Program-made: the position numbers and the translations under genes
Notes under the pieces: model-generated
The model's input: the letters and a program-made list of their open reading frames with translations, nothing else
The model's database searches: none
What the model was told of the DNA's origin: nothing
Shown here: positions 38,218 to 48,482 of the stretch, piece after piece
Position numbering within the stretch: the stretch's first letter is position 1
Layout: the number at the start of each line of letters is the position of its first letter
From: a virus
DNA: 64,000 nt
IMG/VR virus record: IMGVR_UViG_3300037070_006409
Span: 12,205 to 76,204 of that record
Reading direction: 5' to 3' (one strand)

Positions 38218-38253
38218 CTACGATTTCTCGCGAACACGACGGCAGCTAGCCTG

Positions 38254-38760
38254 ATGGCCGAAGGCAGCATCTACCTCGCCCGCGGTCTCCAGCTCGACCC
38301 CGACTACATCGGCGGCGGTACCTTTGCCGAGCTGGTCTGGGCGGCGGGTCTTTTCGAGGGCGAGGGCACGATCACGATTGCCCGGCGCGGACAGGACGAC
38401 ACCTATCGCCTTCTCGTGCTCGTCTCGAACACGGACGAGGAGATCATTGACTTCTTTCACGACCGCTGGGGCGGGTGGAAGCAGCCCGCATATGGGCACC
38501 GACCGGGCCGTCGGCCAGCATGGAACTGGTCGGCGGCTGGACCGACAGCCGAGGTGTTTCTCCGAGGGATCGAACCGTTCGTGCGGTGCCACCGCGTGCG
38601 CGAGAAGCTCGACATCGGCATCGACCTGCGGGCGAACCAGTCACGGTCGAAGGCGATCCAGCAGATGCCCGGATACAGAGAGGTTCAGCGCGAGTTGTAC
38701 GCCGAAATGCAGGTGCTCAACCGGCGCGGCGTGCCCGTGCTCTTCCTGGAGGGACGCTGA
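38254..38760 (+). CDS. LAGLIDADG-type endonuclease
   Basis: LVWAAGLFEGEGTI...VSNTDEEIIDFF..RWGG...W...FL..IEPF...K. Confidence 0.8.
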   Translation: MAEGSIYLARGLQLDPDYIGGGTFAELVWAAGLFEGEGTITIARRGQDDTYRLLVLVSNTDEEIIDFFHDRWGGWKQPAYGHRPGRRPAWNWSAAGPTAEVFLRGIEPFVRCHRVREKLDIGIDLRANQSRSKAIQQMPGYREVQRELYAEMQVLNRRGVPVLFLEGR

Positions 38761-39041
38761 TGGCGCCGATGTTCGCCATCGACAGGGAGATGACCGGGGG
38801 CGCCCCGGTTCGGGTTCACCTAGAGACGATCCCCACGGTCGGCCGCCGAGAAACCCCGGGCAAGAAGCAGCGGTGGGTCGCCGAGGTCGGGAAGCCATCG
38901 GATACTTGGTCCCTCATCGGCCGTGGACGCACGATCAAGGACGCCATCGCCAACCTCGGGCCGCGGGCCTACGAGATGGACTTTGACTCGATCGCGTGGA
39001 GGACTAGGCACATGATCGGCTTGGGGGGCGACGATGCCTGA
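38760..39041 (+). CDS. Hypothetical protein
   Basis: TGATG coupling. Confidence 0.5.
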   Translation: MAPMFAIDREMTGGAPVRVHLETIPTVGRRETPGKKQRWVAEVGKPSDTWSLIGRGRTIKDAIANLGPRAYEMDFDSIAWRTRHMIGLGGDDA

Positions 39042-39720
39042 TTGGGGACCCGGCTTCAAGCCCGGCACCGACCGGCCAAGCTGCATCCACCACGGCGAGG
39101 AGTTCCTCTCCGGCGGCGTCGATGAGCACGACGTGGGCTACACCGTCTGTCTCGCCTGCGCTGAGGCCGACGGGAGGCTGACGGCGAAGGGCGCCCGCAC
39201 GCTGGAGGACCTGCGTGTCAAGGCCCCGATGCCGGCCCTCACGCTGATGCAGCCCTGGGCGACGCTGATCGCCCTCGGCCGCAAGAAGATCGAGACCCGC
39301 GGTTGGCATCCCCGCGAGAACCCCGGCGTGCTGGCGATCGCCTCCTCCAAGAAGATGATGAGCCGCGCGCACCGCCGCATGGCCTCTGAGCAGGAGCCAT
39401 TCCGCTCCGCCCTCGGCGACGCCGAGCTGCCCTCCGGCGTGATCGTCGCCGTCGCCGTGGTGACCGGCTTCGAGCGCACCGAACAGATCAAGGTGAGCGG
39501 CGCCGAGGCCCTCTTCGGCGACTTCTCGCTGGGCCGCTGGGCCTGGCACCTCGGCGAGGTCGTCGCGCTCGATCGACCGATCCACGTCAGCGGCGCCCGC
39601 GGTGTCTGGAAGGTCCCGCGGTACTTCATGGACAACGATGGGCGACCAGGCCCGCTCGTGCGCGCGATCGGCGGCCGCAACGAGTACCGGCGGCTCTTGA
39701 GGTCGGTGCCTGGGCGATGA
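39034..39720 (+). CDS. ASCH-domain protein
   Basis: ALTLMQPWATLIALGRKKIETRGW...G.IVAV...GRWAW...P..V.GARGVW. Confidence 0.85.
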   Translation: MPDWGPGFKPGTDRPSCIHHGEEFLSGGVDEHDVGYTVCLACAEADGRLTAKGARTLEDLRVKAPMPALTLMQPWATLIALGRKKIETRGWHPRENPGVLAIASSKKMMSRAHRRMASEQEPFRSALGDAELPSGVIVAVAVVTGFERTEQIKVSGAEALFGDFSLGRWAWHLGEVVALDRPIHVSGARGVWKVPRYFMDNDGRPGPLVRAIGGRNEYRRLLRSVPGR

Positions 39721-39880
39721 CGCGCCCGCTCTTCGACCTGCTCGCCGACGCCGAAGCCCGCCGGGCCAAGCATCGCCGCGACCTCACCCAGCTCCGTATA
39801 CGGGAGGCCACCAAACAGTCCGACGCCGCCAAGCGCCAGCGCCGCTCCCGCGCCCGCAGGAAAGCAGTGCTCCGACAGTC

Positions 39881-40776
39881 ATGATGGAAGAGCCAGCGCG
39901 GCTTCGAGAGCGTCCGCATTGGGGGCACTTCCCGATCCCCTTCGTCACCCACGTCGAGGTCGGCGGCCGCCCGGACTTCCGCGTGCACGACGACGAGCGC
40001 CGCTTCGAGTGCGCCCTGCACCGGCTCTGCCAGCTCTGCGGCAAGCCGCTGATCCTGGAGCCGACCGTCTTCGTCGGCCAGCACCCGCAGCGGCTGACCT
40101 TCGGCGAGCCGCCGATGCACGAGAGCTGCTTCGAGTTCGCCTGGAAGGTATGCCCGTGGCTGGCCGGCGCCGGCTGGTCGGATCGCTGGCGCACCGAGGC
40201 CCGCGACCTGGAGATCCTGCCGTCGCCTCCCGACACCGCCGAGGTGATCGTGCTCTGGGTCAACGGGGCGTCGAGCTGGCGCTGCCAGTCCGACCCCGAG
40301 CGCGAGGGCGGCTGGATCTGGGTGGTCGAGCCGACCTCCTACTGCGGCCCTGCCGCCTCCCCCGCGGTGGTCTGGGCCGAGTGTCGCCGTCGAGACGTAG
40401 GCTCCTCGGTGTGAGCAAACCGCGTACCGCTCTCGTCTCGCTGCGGCTTCCCTGGCTGTACGGGGACAAGGAGCAGTCGCCGAAGCCCGGCTCGACGGCG
40501 CTGCTCGACGCGGTGCAGCTCCGCGCCATCCGCGGCGTCGTCCGCCGTGCCCGCAAGCTCAAGATGATCTCCGAGGAGGTCGCTGTCCGCGAGCTGGGCG
40601 AAGTCACGAAAGGCCTCGACATCATCGCCGCCGGCCCACTGCGCGACGTTGGGGCCTGGTTCCCACCGGGCGAGTGCGTCCCTCCGCCGCGGCGCGAGCC
40701 GCTCGACCGGCGCCGCCGCAACAAGGCGGCACGGCAGGCGCGCAAGGAGCAGCGTCGGAAGCGGAAGGGGCGATGA
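39881..40776 (+). other. Two hypothetical ORFs (39881-40414, Cys/His-rich; 40411-40776)
   Basis: LCQLCG..L...EPPMHESC...CP; GTGA overlap. Confidence 0.6.
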
Positions 40777-40889
40777 CACAGCCGGCGCCACGCCGATCGC
40801 TTCGCCAGCGGGCTTCGGCGGGAGCTGAATCCGCAGGGCAGTAGCTTCCAACGCACGGCATGACCTGCTCGCCACTGGAATCCAATTGA

Positions 40890-41775
40890 ATGAACGGGCA
40901 GGACTTGCTACCGCCCCGGTTGCTTCAAGCCGCTGGCCTAATCATGCTGTTTGGCTCCTTCGGATGGTGGGTCTTCTCTGGCAACGAGTCAGCCCTGCTG
41001 GTTGGGGCGGCGCTCTCGCTGATCGGCCTTGGTTCCTATTCGCAGGCCGCTCAGTCCCTCCGTCGGCGGAACGGCAACAACGGAAACGGCAACAACGACG
41101 GCAATGCGTGATGACGGACGCGCGAGTCAGAATCAACATCGTCTTGGTCGCAATCGCGGCCTCTTACCTGACGATGGGCGCAGCCAACTCCTCGCTTGCC
41201 TCCTCGCTTTGGTGGGTATACGCGGTCACTTCGGGCGTGCTGGCTTCGGTCAATCTCTGGCTCGCCCACAAGTCACATAGGAAGAGGCGATGAGCAGGGA
41301 GGAGCTGTCCAAGGGTCCGCTGACGCGCGAGGAGTATGAGGAGCGCCATAAAGCGCTCCAGGATAAGTACGAGACCTTCTCGGGGCGCGTCTACCGCGCC
41401 TTGGCGGTCTTCTTCGTGGGCCTGCTGCTCACCGGAGGGGCAGCCGCCTACCTCATTGGTGAGAACACCCAGCGCACCGAGGAAATCAACGATTCGCTGG
41501 TCGATGGGTGCGCTCAGAATGGCGAGCCTCTTCGAGCTGCGGTGCGTAAGGTCGGCAATGCTCTGATCGAACAGACCCAGCGCAGCATCAACGAGAGCAT
41601 CGGCTTCGAGAAGACTGGCCTCATCAAAGAATTTCTCCCCAACTTCACTCCCGAGGAACGTCACGCCTTGGCGGTCAAAAGCCGCGAAAACTATCGCGAG
41701 ACTAAGACCGAATTGAGCGAAGCGAAGGCTAAGGTCAAGCCCGTCAATTGCGAGGCGCGTTATCCGTCGAAATAG
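40890..41775 (+). other. Three coupled membrane-protein genes (40890-41111, 41111-41293, 41290-41775)
   Basis: Each has 1-2 transmembrane segments; the third is a single-TM protein with a helical ectodomain and two Cys. Confidence 0.6.
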
Positions 41776-41848
41776 CCGAGGGTGGAGTCTCCCCCTTACG
41801 CAGGGCTAGGATTTCCCATGTGAAGACCTCGCGCACGGAACGCCCACG

Positions 41849-43642
41849 ATGGCGCTAGCCGCCAAGCGCTTCGGCGCTGGGCCTGCTCAGGGCCTGCGGG
41901 TGCGGGACGTGCTCGGGGAGGTGCGTCGAGAAGCCGCTGACGACCAGCCAGTGCGCCGCTCAATGCGCGAGTACGGCATCCTCATCCCGGAGGCCTCGCG
42001 CGGCCCGCTGCGGCTCGATGACTTCCCCTTCCAGATCGAGCCGTTCTACTCCGACGAGATCGCCGAAGCCGAGGATGTCGTCACCATGAAGAGCACCCAG
42101 ATCGGTGCATCCTCGGGCATGGTCCGGTGGGCGGTGCGCCTCGCCGATCAGATGGGGGAGACCGTCATCTACTTCTTCCCCACCCAGGTGCACGTCTCCG
42201 AGTTCGGGACCGAAAAGCTGGAGCCGTCGATCAAAGCCTCCGACTACCTCCAGCGCCGGATGCCCCGCGGCCACACCCGCAACAAGTCCCAGAAGCAGAT
42301 CGGCCTCGGCTTCCTCTACCTCCGCGGGATGCAGTCGAAAGCCGCCGTGCAGTCGATCCCCGCCCAGGCAGTCGTGATTGACGAGTACGACGAGTGCCCC
42401 CCGCAGCGCATCGAGGAAGCCGAGAATCGGATCTCCGGCGCCGCGGGCCTCGGCAAGATCGGCCGCGTCCGCCGGCTCGGCCGTCCGTCGGTGCCCGGCT
42501 ACGGCATCGACGCCGCCTTTCAGGAATCCGATCAGCGGGCCTGGATCGTCACCTGCCCCGAGTGCGGACACGAGCAGAAGATCACCTTTGCCGACAATCT
42601 GCGCTGGCACTCCGAGGCGGCTGGCGACAAGATCCTGCGTCCCGGCCACGACGAGTTCGAGAAGCGCAAGGACGTGACCTCGGCCTGGCGGGTCTGTAGG
42701 AAATGCGAGGCCAGCCTGGAGGGCAAGCCGATCCGCACCGGCATCTGGGTCCCACAGTCTCCCGGCCCAGGCGCCATCCCCGGCTTCCACATCCCACGCT
42801 TGATCGTCCCCCGCACCGATCTCCGCCGTGTCGTCGTCAACTCGCGCAAGACGAAGGTGATCGAGATCGAAACCTTCCACAACCACGATCTCGGCGAAGC
42901 CTGGGCGGCTTCCGACGCGCGCCTCACCGACGACGACCTCGCCCGCGCCTCCGCTCAGGGCATGGAGCCGCAGGCTCGCTACACCGGCCGCTACCCGGTG
43001 ACGCTCGGCCTCGACGTGGCCTCCGAGCGGGACCTGAGCTGTCGGATCTCCGAGCTGCTGCCCGACGGCACACGCCGTGCCCTGCGGATCTGGGAACCAA
43101 AGGACTACGAGGAAGTCGCGAAGGCAATGGTGGACTTCCGCGTCCACGTCGCCGCGGTGGACTCGATGCCCGACCGCCGCGGGATCGGACGGCCCCTCCA
43201 GCAGGCGTTCCCCGGCCGCGTCTTCCTGGTCGAATACGACGACAACCCGCGCTCCGACGCCTGGACCTACGACGACAGGCGGCAGGTGATTCGCGTCAAC
43301 CGCACCGAGGCCCTCGACGCCATGATGGACTCGATCCGCTCGGTCACCAACATCCCAACGAAGCCGATGCCGGCCGGCTACATCGAGCAGATGAAATCCC
43401 CGGTGCGCAAGCTGGAGGAAGACTCCAAAGGGCGCCCGCATCGGGTATACCGCAAGACCGGGACCCAGGGTGACGATTGGGCGCATGCCGAGGTCTATGA
43501 TCTCGTCGCCGCCGAGATGCTCAACGCCCTCACAATGACCCAGCAGCAGCAAGAAGACGGCGAGCCGCAGATAGTCGGCGCGCCCGAGCCGGTCTCCCTG
43601 GGCTGGGGCAATACCGACTACCGACCGGGCTTCGGCGAATGA
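41849..43642 (+). CDS. terL: Terminase large subunit (lambda GpA-like)
   Basis: FQIEPF...MKSTQIGAS, IYFFPT, VVIDEYD, RPSVPGYGID..F..SDQR.W...CPECG.EQ, GLDV, C-terminal DDWAHA..Y. Confidence 0.9.
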   Translation: MALAAKRFGAGPAQGLRVRDVLGEVRREAADDQPVRRSMREYGILIPEASRGPLRLDDFPFQIEPFYSDEIAEAEDVVTMKSTQIGASSGMVRWAVRLADQMGETVIYFFPTQVHVSEFGTEKLEPSIKASDYLQRRMPRGHTRNKSQKQIGLGFLYLRGMQSKAAVQSIPAQAVVIDEYDECPPQRIEEAENRISGAAGLGKIGRVRRLGRPSVPGYGIDAAFQESDQRAWIVTCPECGHEQKITFADNLRWHSEAAGDKILRPGHDEFEKRKDVTSAWRVCRKCEASLEGKPIRTGIWVPQSPGPGAIPGFHIPRLIVPRTDLRRVVVNSRKTKVIEIETFHNHDLGEAWAASDARLTDDDLARASAQGMEPQARYTGRYPVTLGLDVASERDLSCRISELLPDGTRRALRIWEPKDYEEVAKAMVDFRVHVAAVDSMPDRRGIGRPLQQAFPGRVFLVEYDDNPRSDAWTYDDRRQVIRVNRTEALDAMMDSIRSVTNIPTKPMPAGYIEQMKSPVRKLEEDSKGRPHRVYRKTGTQGDDWAHAEVYDLVAAEMLNALTMTQQQQEDGEPQIVGAPEPVSLGWGNTDYRPGFGE

Positions 43643-44118
43643 CCCCCCGCCAACGCTTCGACGCCAAGTGGCGCCTCGACCCCGAGACGGGGTGCTGGCT
43701 GTGGACGGCTGGTTGCACGTCGGGCGGCTATGGGACCTTCGGCGTTCGGGTGGACGGTCGCTGGCGCATGATGCGCGCGCATCGCATCGCTTGGCAACTC
43801 CACGTCGGCCCCATCCCCCCAGGCCTATGCGCCCTCCACCACTGCGACACGCCGCCTTGCGTGAATCCCCAGCACCTCTTCCTCGGGACGCAGGCGGAGA
43901 ATAATCGCGACATGACGGCAAAGGGGCGGCGCGCGCCGACTGTCGGTGGCGCGAATCCAAACGCTGCTCTGTCGGAGGCTGAAGCGCTTTCCATCCTCCG
44001 ATTGAAGGGCAGCGGCCAACGACAAGCCGATGTGGCCTTGAGTTTCGGCGTAACGCAGACGCAGGTATCACGGATTTGGCTGGGGAAGGCCTGGGCACAT
44101 CTCAGTGGGGTTGCCTGA
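43639..44118 (+). CDS. HNH homing endonuclease with HTH; close paralogue of 9761-10240
   Basis: MTPRQRFDAKWRLDPETGCWLWT...HHCDTPPCVNPQHLFLGT. Confidence 0.92.
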   Translation: MTPRQRFDAKWRLDPETGCWLWTAGCTSGGYGTFGVRVDGRWRMMRAHRIAWQLHVGPIPPGLCALHHCDTPPCVNPQHLFLGTQAENNRDMTAKGRRAPTVGGANPNAALSEAEALSILRLKGSGQRQADVALSFGVTQTQVSRIWLGKAWAHLSGVA

Positions 44119-44418
44119 ATGGCCCGCGTCTCGAAAGCCGATATGACGGAGAAGAACCCGGCCGAGTGGGTGGCCGGGGCGAAAGCAGCTCGTGCCGCCC
44201 GCAAGAACGTCTCCGATCAGCTCACGAAGCTGATCGAGTCGGCCGACCTCACCGGCTCCCGGCCGTTGGTCGCCCGGCGCATCCGCGAACTGGCTGGCGC
44301 TCAGCGCTCCGGGGACGTGGCAGCCGAGCGCGCCGCGCTCATGGAGCTGGCGGTCGCTGCCTCAACGAGCGCTGCTGACATCGACGTGCGCCATCCGGCG
44401 CTCGCCGCTGCGGCGTGA
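44119..44418 (+). CDS. Hypothetical protein
   Basis: Abuts the HNH stop; coding bias. Confidence 0.55.
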   Translation: MARVSKADMTEKNPAEWVAGAKAARAARKNVSDQLTKLIESADLTGSRPLVARRIRELAGAQRSGDVAAERAALMELAVAASTSAADIDVRHPALAAAA

Positions 44419-44422
44419 TGGT

Positions 44423-44449
44423 GGTAAGGTCCTGACCCTCACCACCCGA
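44423..44449 (+). promoter_or_regulatory. GGTAAG-GTC-CTGACC + CACCACCCGA element
   Basis: Followed by the TAGGAGG RBS and ATG 44465. Confidence 0.65.
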
Positions 44450-44464
44450 CCCTAGGAGGAGCGC

Positions 44465-46051
44465 ATGGCTGACTTGAAGCCGGGAGAGGTTCCGATCCTC
44501 GGCGAGCAGGGCGCCGCGATGCTGGAGCAGCGCGGCCACGAACTCGGGATCTTCTGCCACTCGTGCGGCCTGGAGATGTCGGGGGCAGGCTTCGAGTTCA
44601 TCTCGCTGCGCGCGGTGACGAGGGAGACCCGCCCGACGGTGGTCGAGACGCGGGCCTTCATCTGCGGTCGCGACGAGTGCGCCGAGGCGCGCGAGGCGGC
44701 GCGTCAGCGGGCCACGGCGGTCAAGCCAGCCGGCGGCTGGCAGGTCCTCACCGGCCCGGCGGAGGAGCCGGAGGACGAGGCTCCCGCCGAGGAGCAGCCC
44801 AGTGGCTGAGGGGGCGCAGGACCTCGCCGAGCTGCTGGAGTCGGCACGCGAGCGCCGCCCCGACCCCGGCGCGGTTCTCTACTTCCAAAACGGCGAGACG
44901 CTCTCGGTCCTGCTCAGCTACGAGGAGGCGCTGGACCTCTTCATGCCCAGCGACCCGACGGCGGGGTCGTGGGTTGAGGGGGGGGCGCAAGCAGGAGTGG
45001 GTCCCAGGCCCTGGCCTACGTCTCTTCGCTGGACGGCCGCGACCGCTGCCCGATCCGGCAGGCTGTTTGGGGACCAAGCGTTTACGCGATCGGTGAGGTC
45101 ACCGAGGAGACGATCAAGCTGCGAGACGCCGAGATGCGCGCTGTGGCTGCTGCGCAGGGATTGGGGGTGGGCGGATGACCGAGGAGCGCGAGCAGGGCTA
45201 CTGGAACGGCGAGCCGTGTGAGGTCGAGCGTGCCATCGTCATCGTCGCCGACCAGCCCGAGCACCCCCACTATTGGGCGCGGCGCTTCGTCGGCAACGAA
45301 CGGCGCGTGGTCCTCGTCAAGTACAACGGCAGCACCTTCGCGATAGACGACGAGGGCTACAAGATGTCCAGCGACGAGATCGAGGCCTTGCAGAAGCGCT
45401 GGCCGGACATCACCTTCTCGACCGAGCACGGCTTCGACGGCTGGGGCTGGCACAAGGTCACCAAGGGGCGCGGCGGCCCCGGCATCCCCCACGCCACCGT
45501 CTACTTCGACCGAATCGTGAGCACGGAGCACGATGGCAGTGTCTGAGCGACCGCCTGGCGCCGATGCCGTCGAGATCATCCTCCAGCGCGCCGCGCTGGG
45601 GGAGGTCGAGAAGGCGGAGCTGGTCGAGGAGGCAGGTCTCGCCACCGATGACCTGCGCGAAGCGATTGACTGGCTGGAGGAGCAGGGGCAGCTCGTTGTC
45701 ACCGACACCGGCTACCGCTCGGCCGGGGGCGACGACGAGCCGACAGGCCCGGAGGCTGCGCACCCAAGTGAAGACGAGCCACTAGAGCCAGTACCCGAGC
45801 AGGAGGCTCCCGGCCCGGCGATGACCGCCCATGTGCGCTCGCACTTCGAGGTCGTCTGCTCCTTCGGGCGCAGTCCCGGTGAGAGCGACGGAGCGGCGGT
45901 CAAGAAGGCCCAGGCGATCGCCAACGAGATCGGTAACGCGCTCTCCGCAGCGATGCCTCGTCTCGACTTCCACGTCGAGGTCTCCGGTGTGGACGCCTTC
46001 GACAGCCCACGATCGCTCTGGCCCCCAGAGGACGAGGAACCCCGCGGCTGA
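44465..46051 (+). other. Hypothetical ORFs (44465-44809, 44802-45178 apparently frameshifted, 45175-45546, 45533-46051)
   Basis: Coupled overlaps and coding bias; 45533-46051 has an N-terminal winged-HTH-like pattern. Confidence 0.55.
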
Positions 46052-46064
46052 GCGACGGTCGGAG

Positions 46065-46382
46065 TTGGCGACGCGGGAGGAAATGCGGGCCAGGGGGGCG
46101 AAGAGCGGCCGCGTGAGGCAGGCCGCTGCGGCCTTGAAGCGGGACTTGGCCGCCGGCAGGATCACGCTGATCGCGGCCCTCGGTGATGAGCGGGCTGCTT
46201 CGATGCAGCTCCTCGACCTGTATGTAGCGGCGCCAGGCCTGGGCCGGCGCACCGCACCCCGGCTGCTCTCCCGCGTCGATGTTCGGTCGAATCTGCGGGT
46301 GCGCGAGCTGACCAAAAGCCAGCTCGAACGGCTGCGCCAGGGCCTGCTCGACCCGGACTACATCGCACGCCGCACGTGGTGA
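46065..46382 (+). CDS. Actinobacterial integration host factor (mIHF/sIHF)-like protein; start uncertain
   Basis: ARGAKSGRVRQAAAALKRDL...MQLLDLYVAAPGLGRRTAPRLL...SNLRVRELTKSQLERL aligns by eye with the mIHF H2TH consensus (AR..RA.LK..L...KV..LL.SLPGVGK..A...M...I...RRV.GLG..Q...L). Confidence 0.72.
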   Translation: MATREEMRARGAKSGRVRQAAAALKRDLAAGRITLIAALGDERAASMQLLDLYVAAPGLGRRTAPRLLSRVDVRSNLRVRELTKSQLERLRQGLLDPDYIARRTW

Positions 46383-46386
46383 CTAG

Positions 46387-46866
46387 TTAGGGCAGCTTCT
46401 CGGCGTCGGTGCCGTACTCGGCAAGAATCTCTCGGGCGAAGGCGAGAAGGTCCTCGACGGCCTGACCTCGTGGGTGCTTGCCCGAGACGCGGAGCTGGAG
46501 GTTCTTCGGTCGGTTGTCGTTTCGGATGCCGTTGCGATGGTGGACGGTCTCGCCTGGTTTCAACGGTCGTCCGAGCGCTTCTTCCATCACCACGCGATGC
46601 TCGAAGCGGTGATCGCCGAGGCGGATGTACCCGTCGGGCGTCTCCCACCGGGTCTTCTTTTTCCTCGGTTTGGCTTTGGTCCCGAGGCGAAGGTGGCGGT
46701 AGCAGATACCGCGTGATCGCTGGGGACGCTCGCAGTCCTCGATCGTGCAGACCTGCTGGCTGCGGCGCTTATTCCAGTATTTGCGATGAGCCTCTCGGCA
46801 GTCGTCGCATCGACACTTGCGGCTGTAGCGTCGCTCAGTACCGTGGGGAGGAAGGTCGCGTGGCAC
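46387..46866 (-). CDS. HNH homing endonuclease (minus strand)
   Basis: CRCDDC, C.IEDC, DGYI...EHRVVME..LGRPL...[18 protein letters not shown]. Confidence 0.9.
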   Translation of the reverse strand: MPRDLPPHGTERRYSRKCRCDDCREAHRKYWNKRRSQQVCTIEDCERPQRSRGICYRHLRLGTKAKPRKKKTRWETPDGYIRLGDHRFEHRVVMEEALGRPLKPGETVHHRNGIRNDNRPKNLQLRVSGKHPRGQAVEDLLAFAREILAEYGTDAEKLP

Positions 46867-46946
46867 GCTCGGAAGACTAGCGCGTCGGCCTTCCGTTCTG
46901 CTAGGCTACCGCCATCACCCGAACCTGATGTGCTGATGGAGGCGAT

Positions 46947-47682
46947 ATGGACCCTCAACCTGCTCCACCCCGACCCCCGCTTCTCTTCGCCGTACTGCTG
47001 CGCTCCGAAGCGGACTGGTTCCCGCTCTCCTCGGGGTCGATTGCCGACGCGCTGAGATCCAACTACGAGGTCGTGCCCTATGTCCCAATGGCCGACCTCG
47101 TGGCAGCGGCTAGCGACCGGAGCATGATCCGCCCGGTCGCCCGCGAGGTCGCCGTAGGGGAGGACACAGTGCAGCGCACCGTCAAACTCTTCCTGCAAGA
47201 GTTCGCAGAGAGGCACCACGGTGTCTAGTCATCCGCGCTGTGTCAACTGCCTGGTCGAGTTCACGACCCAGGACGCCCTCCACGATCAGATCGTTGAGGA
47301 CGACGAAGGTCTGCACCATCGGGAGTGCGTCGGCGTCGGGCGCGGGGCTGCTGCCGACCGCGTGGTCGTGGATGAGTACGACGCCCTCGTCGGCGAGGAG
47401 GAAGAGCGACGCCGCGAAATGGGCGATCCGCCGTTGACCGGCGAGCCGACGGTGGTGCTCGTGGAACCGAAGATGTCCACCGACATCCCTCCCCACGTCG
47501 CCGGCCAGCAGCTCGCCGCCTACCGCCGCCTCCTCGGCTTCGACCGCGACGACGATGCTCAGCCATTCGGCGGCTTCCCACTTCCCGAGGACCTCGCACC
47601 GATGGACTGCCCCGAATGCCACGCTGAGCCAGCGATCAACGGCGGCCCCGGCTTTCTGTGTCGGGGAAGGTCGATGCTGTGA
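46947..47682 (+). other. Hypothetical ORFs (46947-47228, 47221-47682) behind a TG-C-TAGGCT / CATCACCCGAACC leader
   Basis: Leader CCCGAACCTGATGTGCTGATGGAGGCGATATG is a degenerate copy of the 38.2/61.1 kb leader. Confidence 0.5.
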
Positions 47683-47793
47683 AGAGTCTCCGCCGTCGCC
47701 TCGCCTCGATCTTCCGCCCGGCCGAGAAGCATCCGCGGGCGGCGCTGCGGATCAACGCCGAAGTGCGCCGCAACCCCGACCGGGAAGTCACCC

Positions 47794-48324
47794 GTGTCTG
47801 ACACCGCCCAGCAGCTCGACGGCATGGCGATCGGCACCGCAGACATCAGCCCGTGCCGTCGCTACCGCTACTCGCTGACCCGACGGTGGGAGGACCGCGG
47901 GGCCAGCGGCGACGGCCTGCTCTGGGTGATGCTCAACCCCTCGACCGCTGACGCCAACCGCAACGACCCGACACTGCGCCGCTGCCTTCGCTTCTCGCGC
48001 GAGTGGGGCTCCCGATCGCTGACGGTGGTCAACCTCTACGCGCTCATCTCGACCAATCCGGCCGGGCTGTGGAAAGTCGAAGATCCCGTCGGCCCCGAGA
48101 ACGACGCCGTGATCGCTCTCTCCGCCCGCGAAGCCCAGGCCACCGTGCTCGCCTGGGGCAACGGCGCGCCTCATCCGGCGCGCTGCCGAGCGGTGATCGA
48201 CATCCTGCGCGCCAACGCCTTCTATGCGACCCGGCTGCACTGCCTCGGAAAGACCGGCGCCGGCCAGCCGCGCCACCCTGTCCGGCTCGCCGCCTCGACC
48301 CAGATGGAGGTCTTCCTTGGCTGA
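47794..48324 (+). CDS. DUF1643-family protein
   Basis: YRYSLTRRW...WVMLNPSTAD...DPTLRRC..F...W...VVNLYA...GPEND...AWG...P.HP. Confidence 0.88.
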   Translation: MSDTAQQLDGMAIGTADISPCRRYRYSLTRRWEDRGASGDGLLWVMLNPSTADANRNDPTLRRCLRFSREWGSRSLTVVNLYALISTNPAGLWKVEDPVGPENDAVIALSAREAQATVLAWGNGAPHPARCRAVIDILRANAFYATRLHCLGKTGAGQPRHPVRLAASTQMEVFLG

Positions 48325-48482
48325 GGTAAGGCCATCCAAACGCACGATGGAGATCGCCCTCGACGCCATTGCCGACCGGGTGCAGCAGATGGGCACGGGG
48401 GAAATGTTGACCCCCGAAGCGGACTGGCGCTCGATCGAGGAGGAAGCCCGCGCCGCCGCCGAGTTGAAGGAGGCGATCGCCA

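Noticed and set aside
1885-44118. Group I introns around the free-standing endonucleases
   Set aside because: The flanking genes appear complete on each side and abut the nuclease ORFs with no room for intron core structure; a covariance-model search would be needed to exclude this fully.
9761-44118. Diversity-generating retroelement (template/variable repeat pair)
   Set aside because: No reverse transcriptase was seen; the similar pair are two HNH genes and their differences are not confined to adenines.
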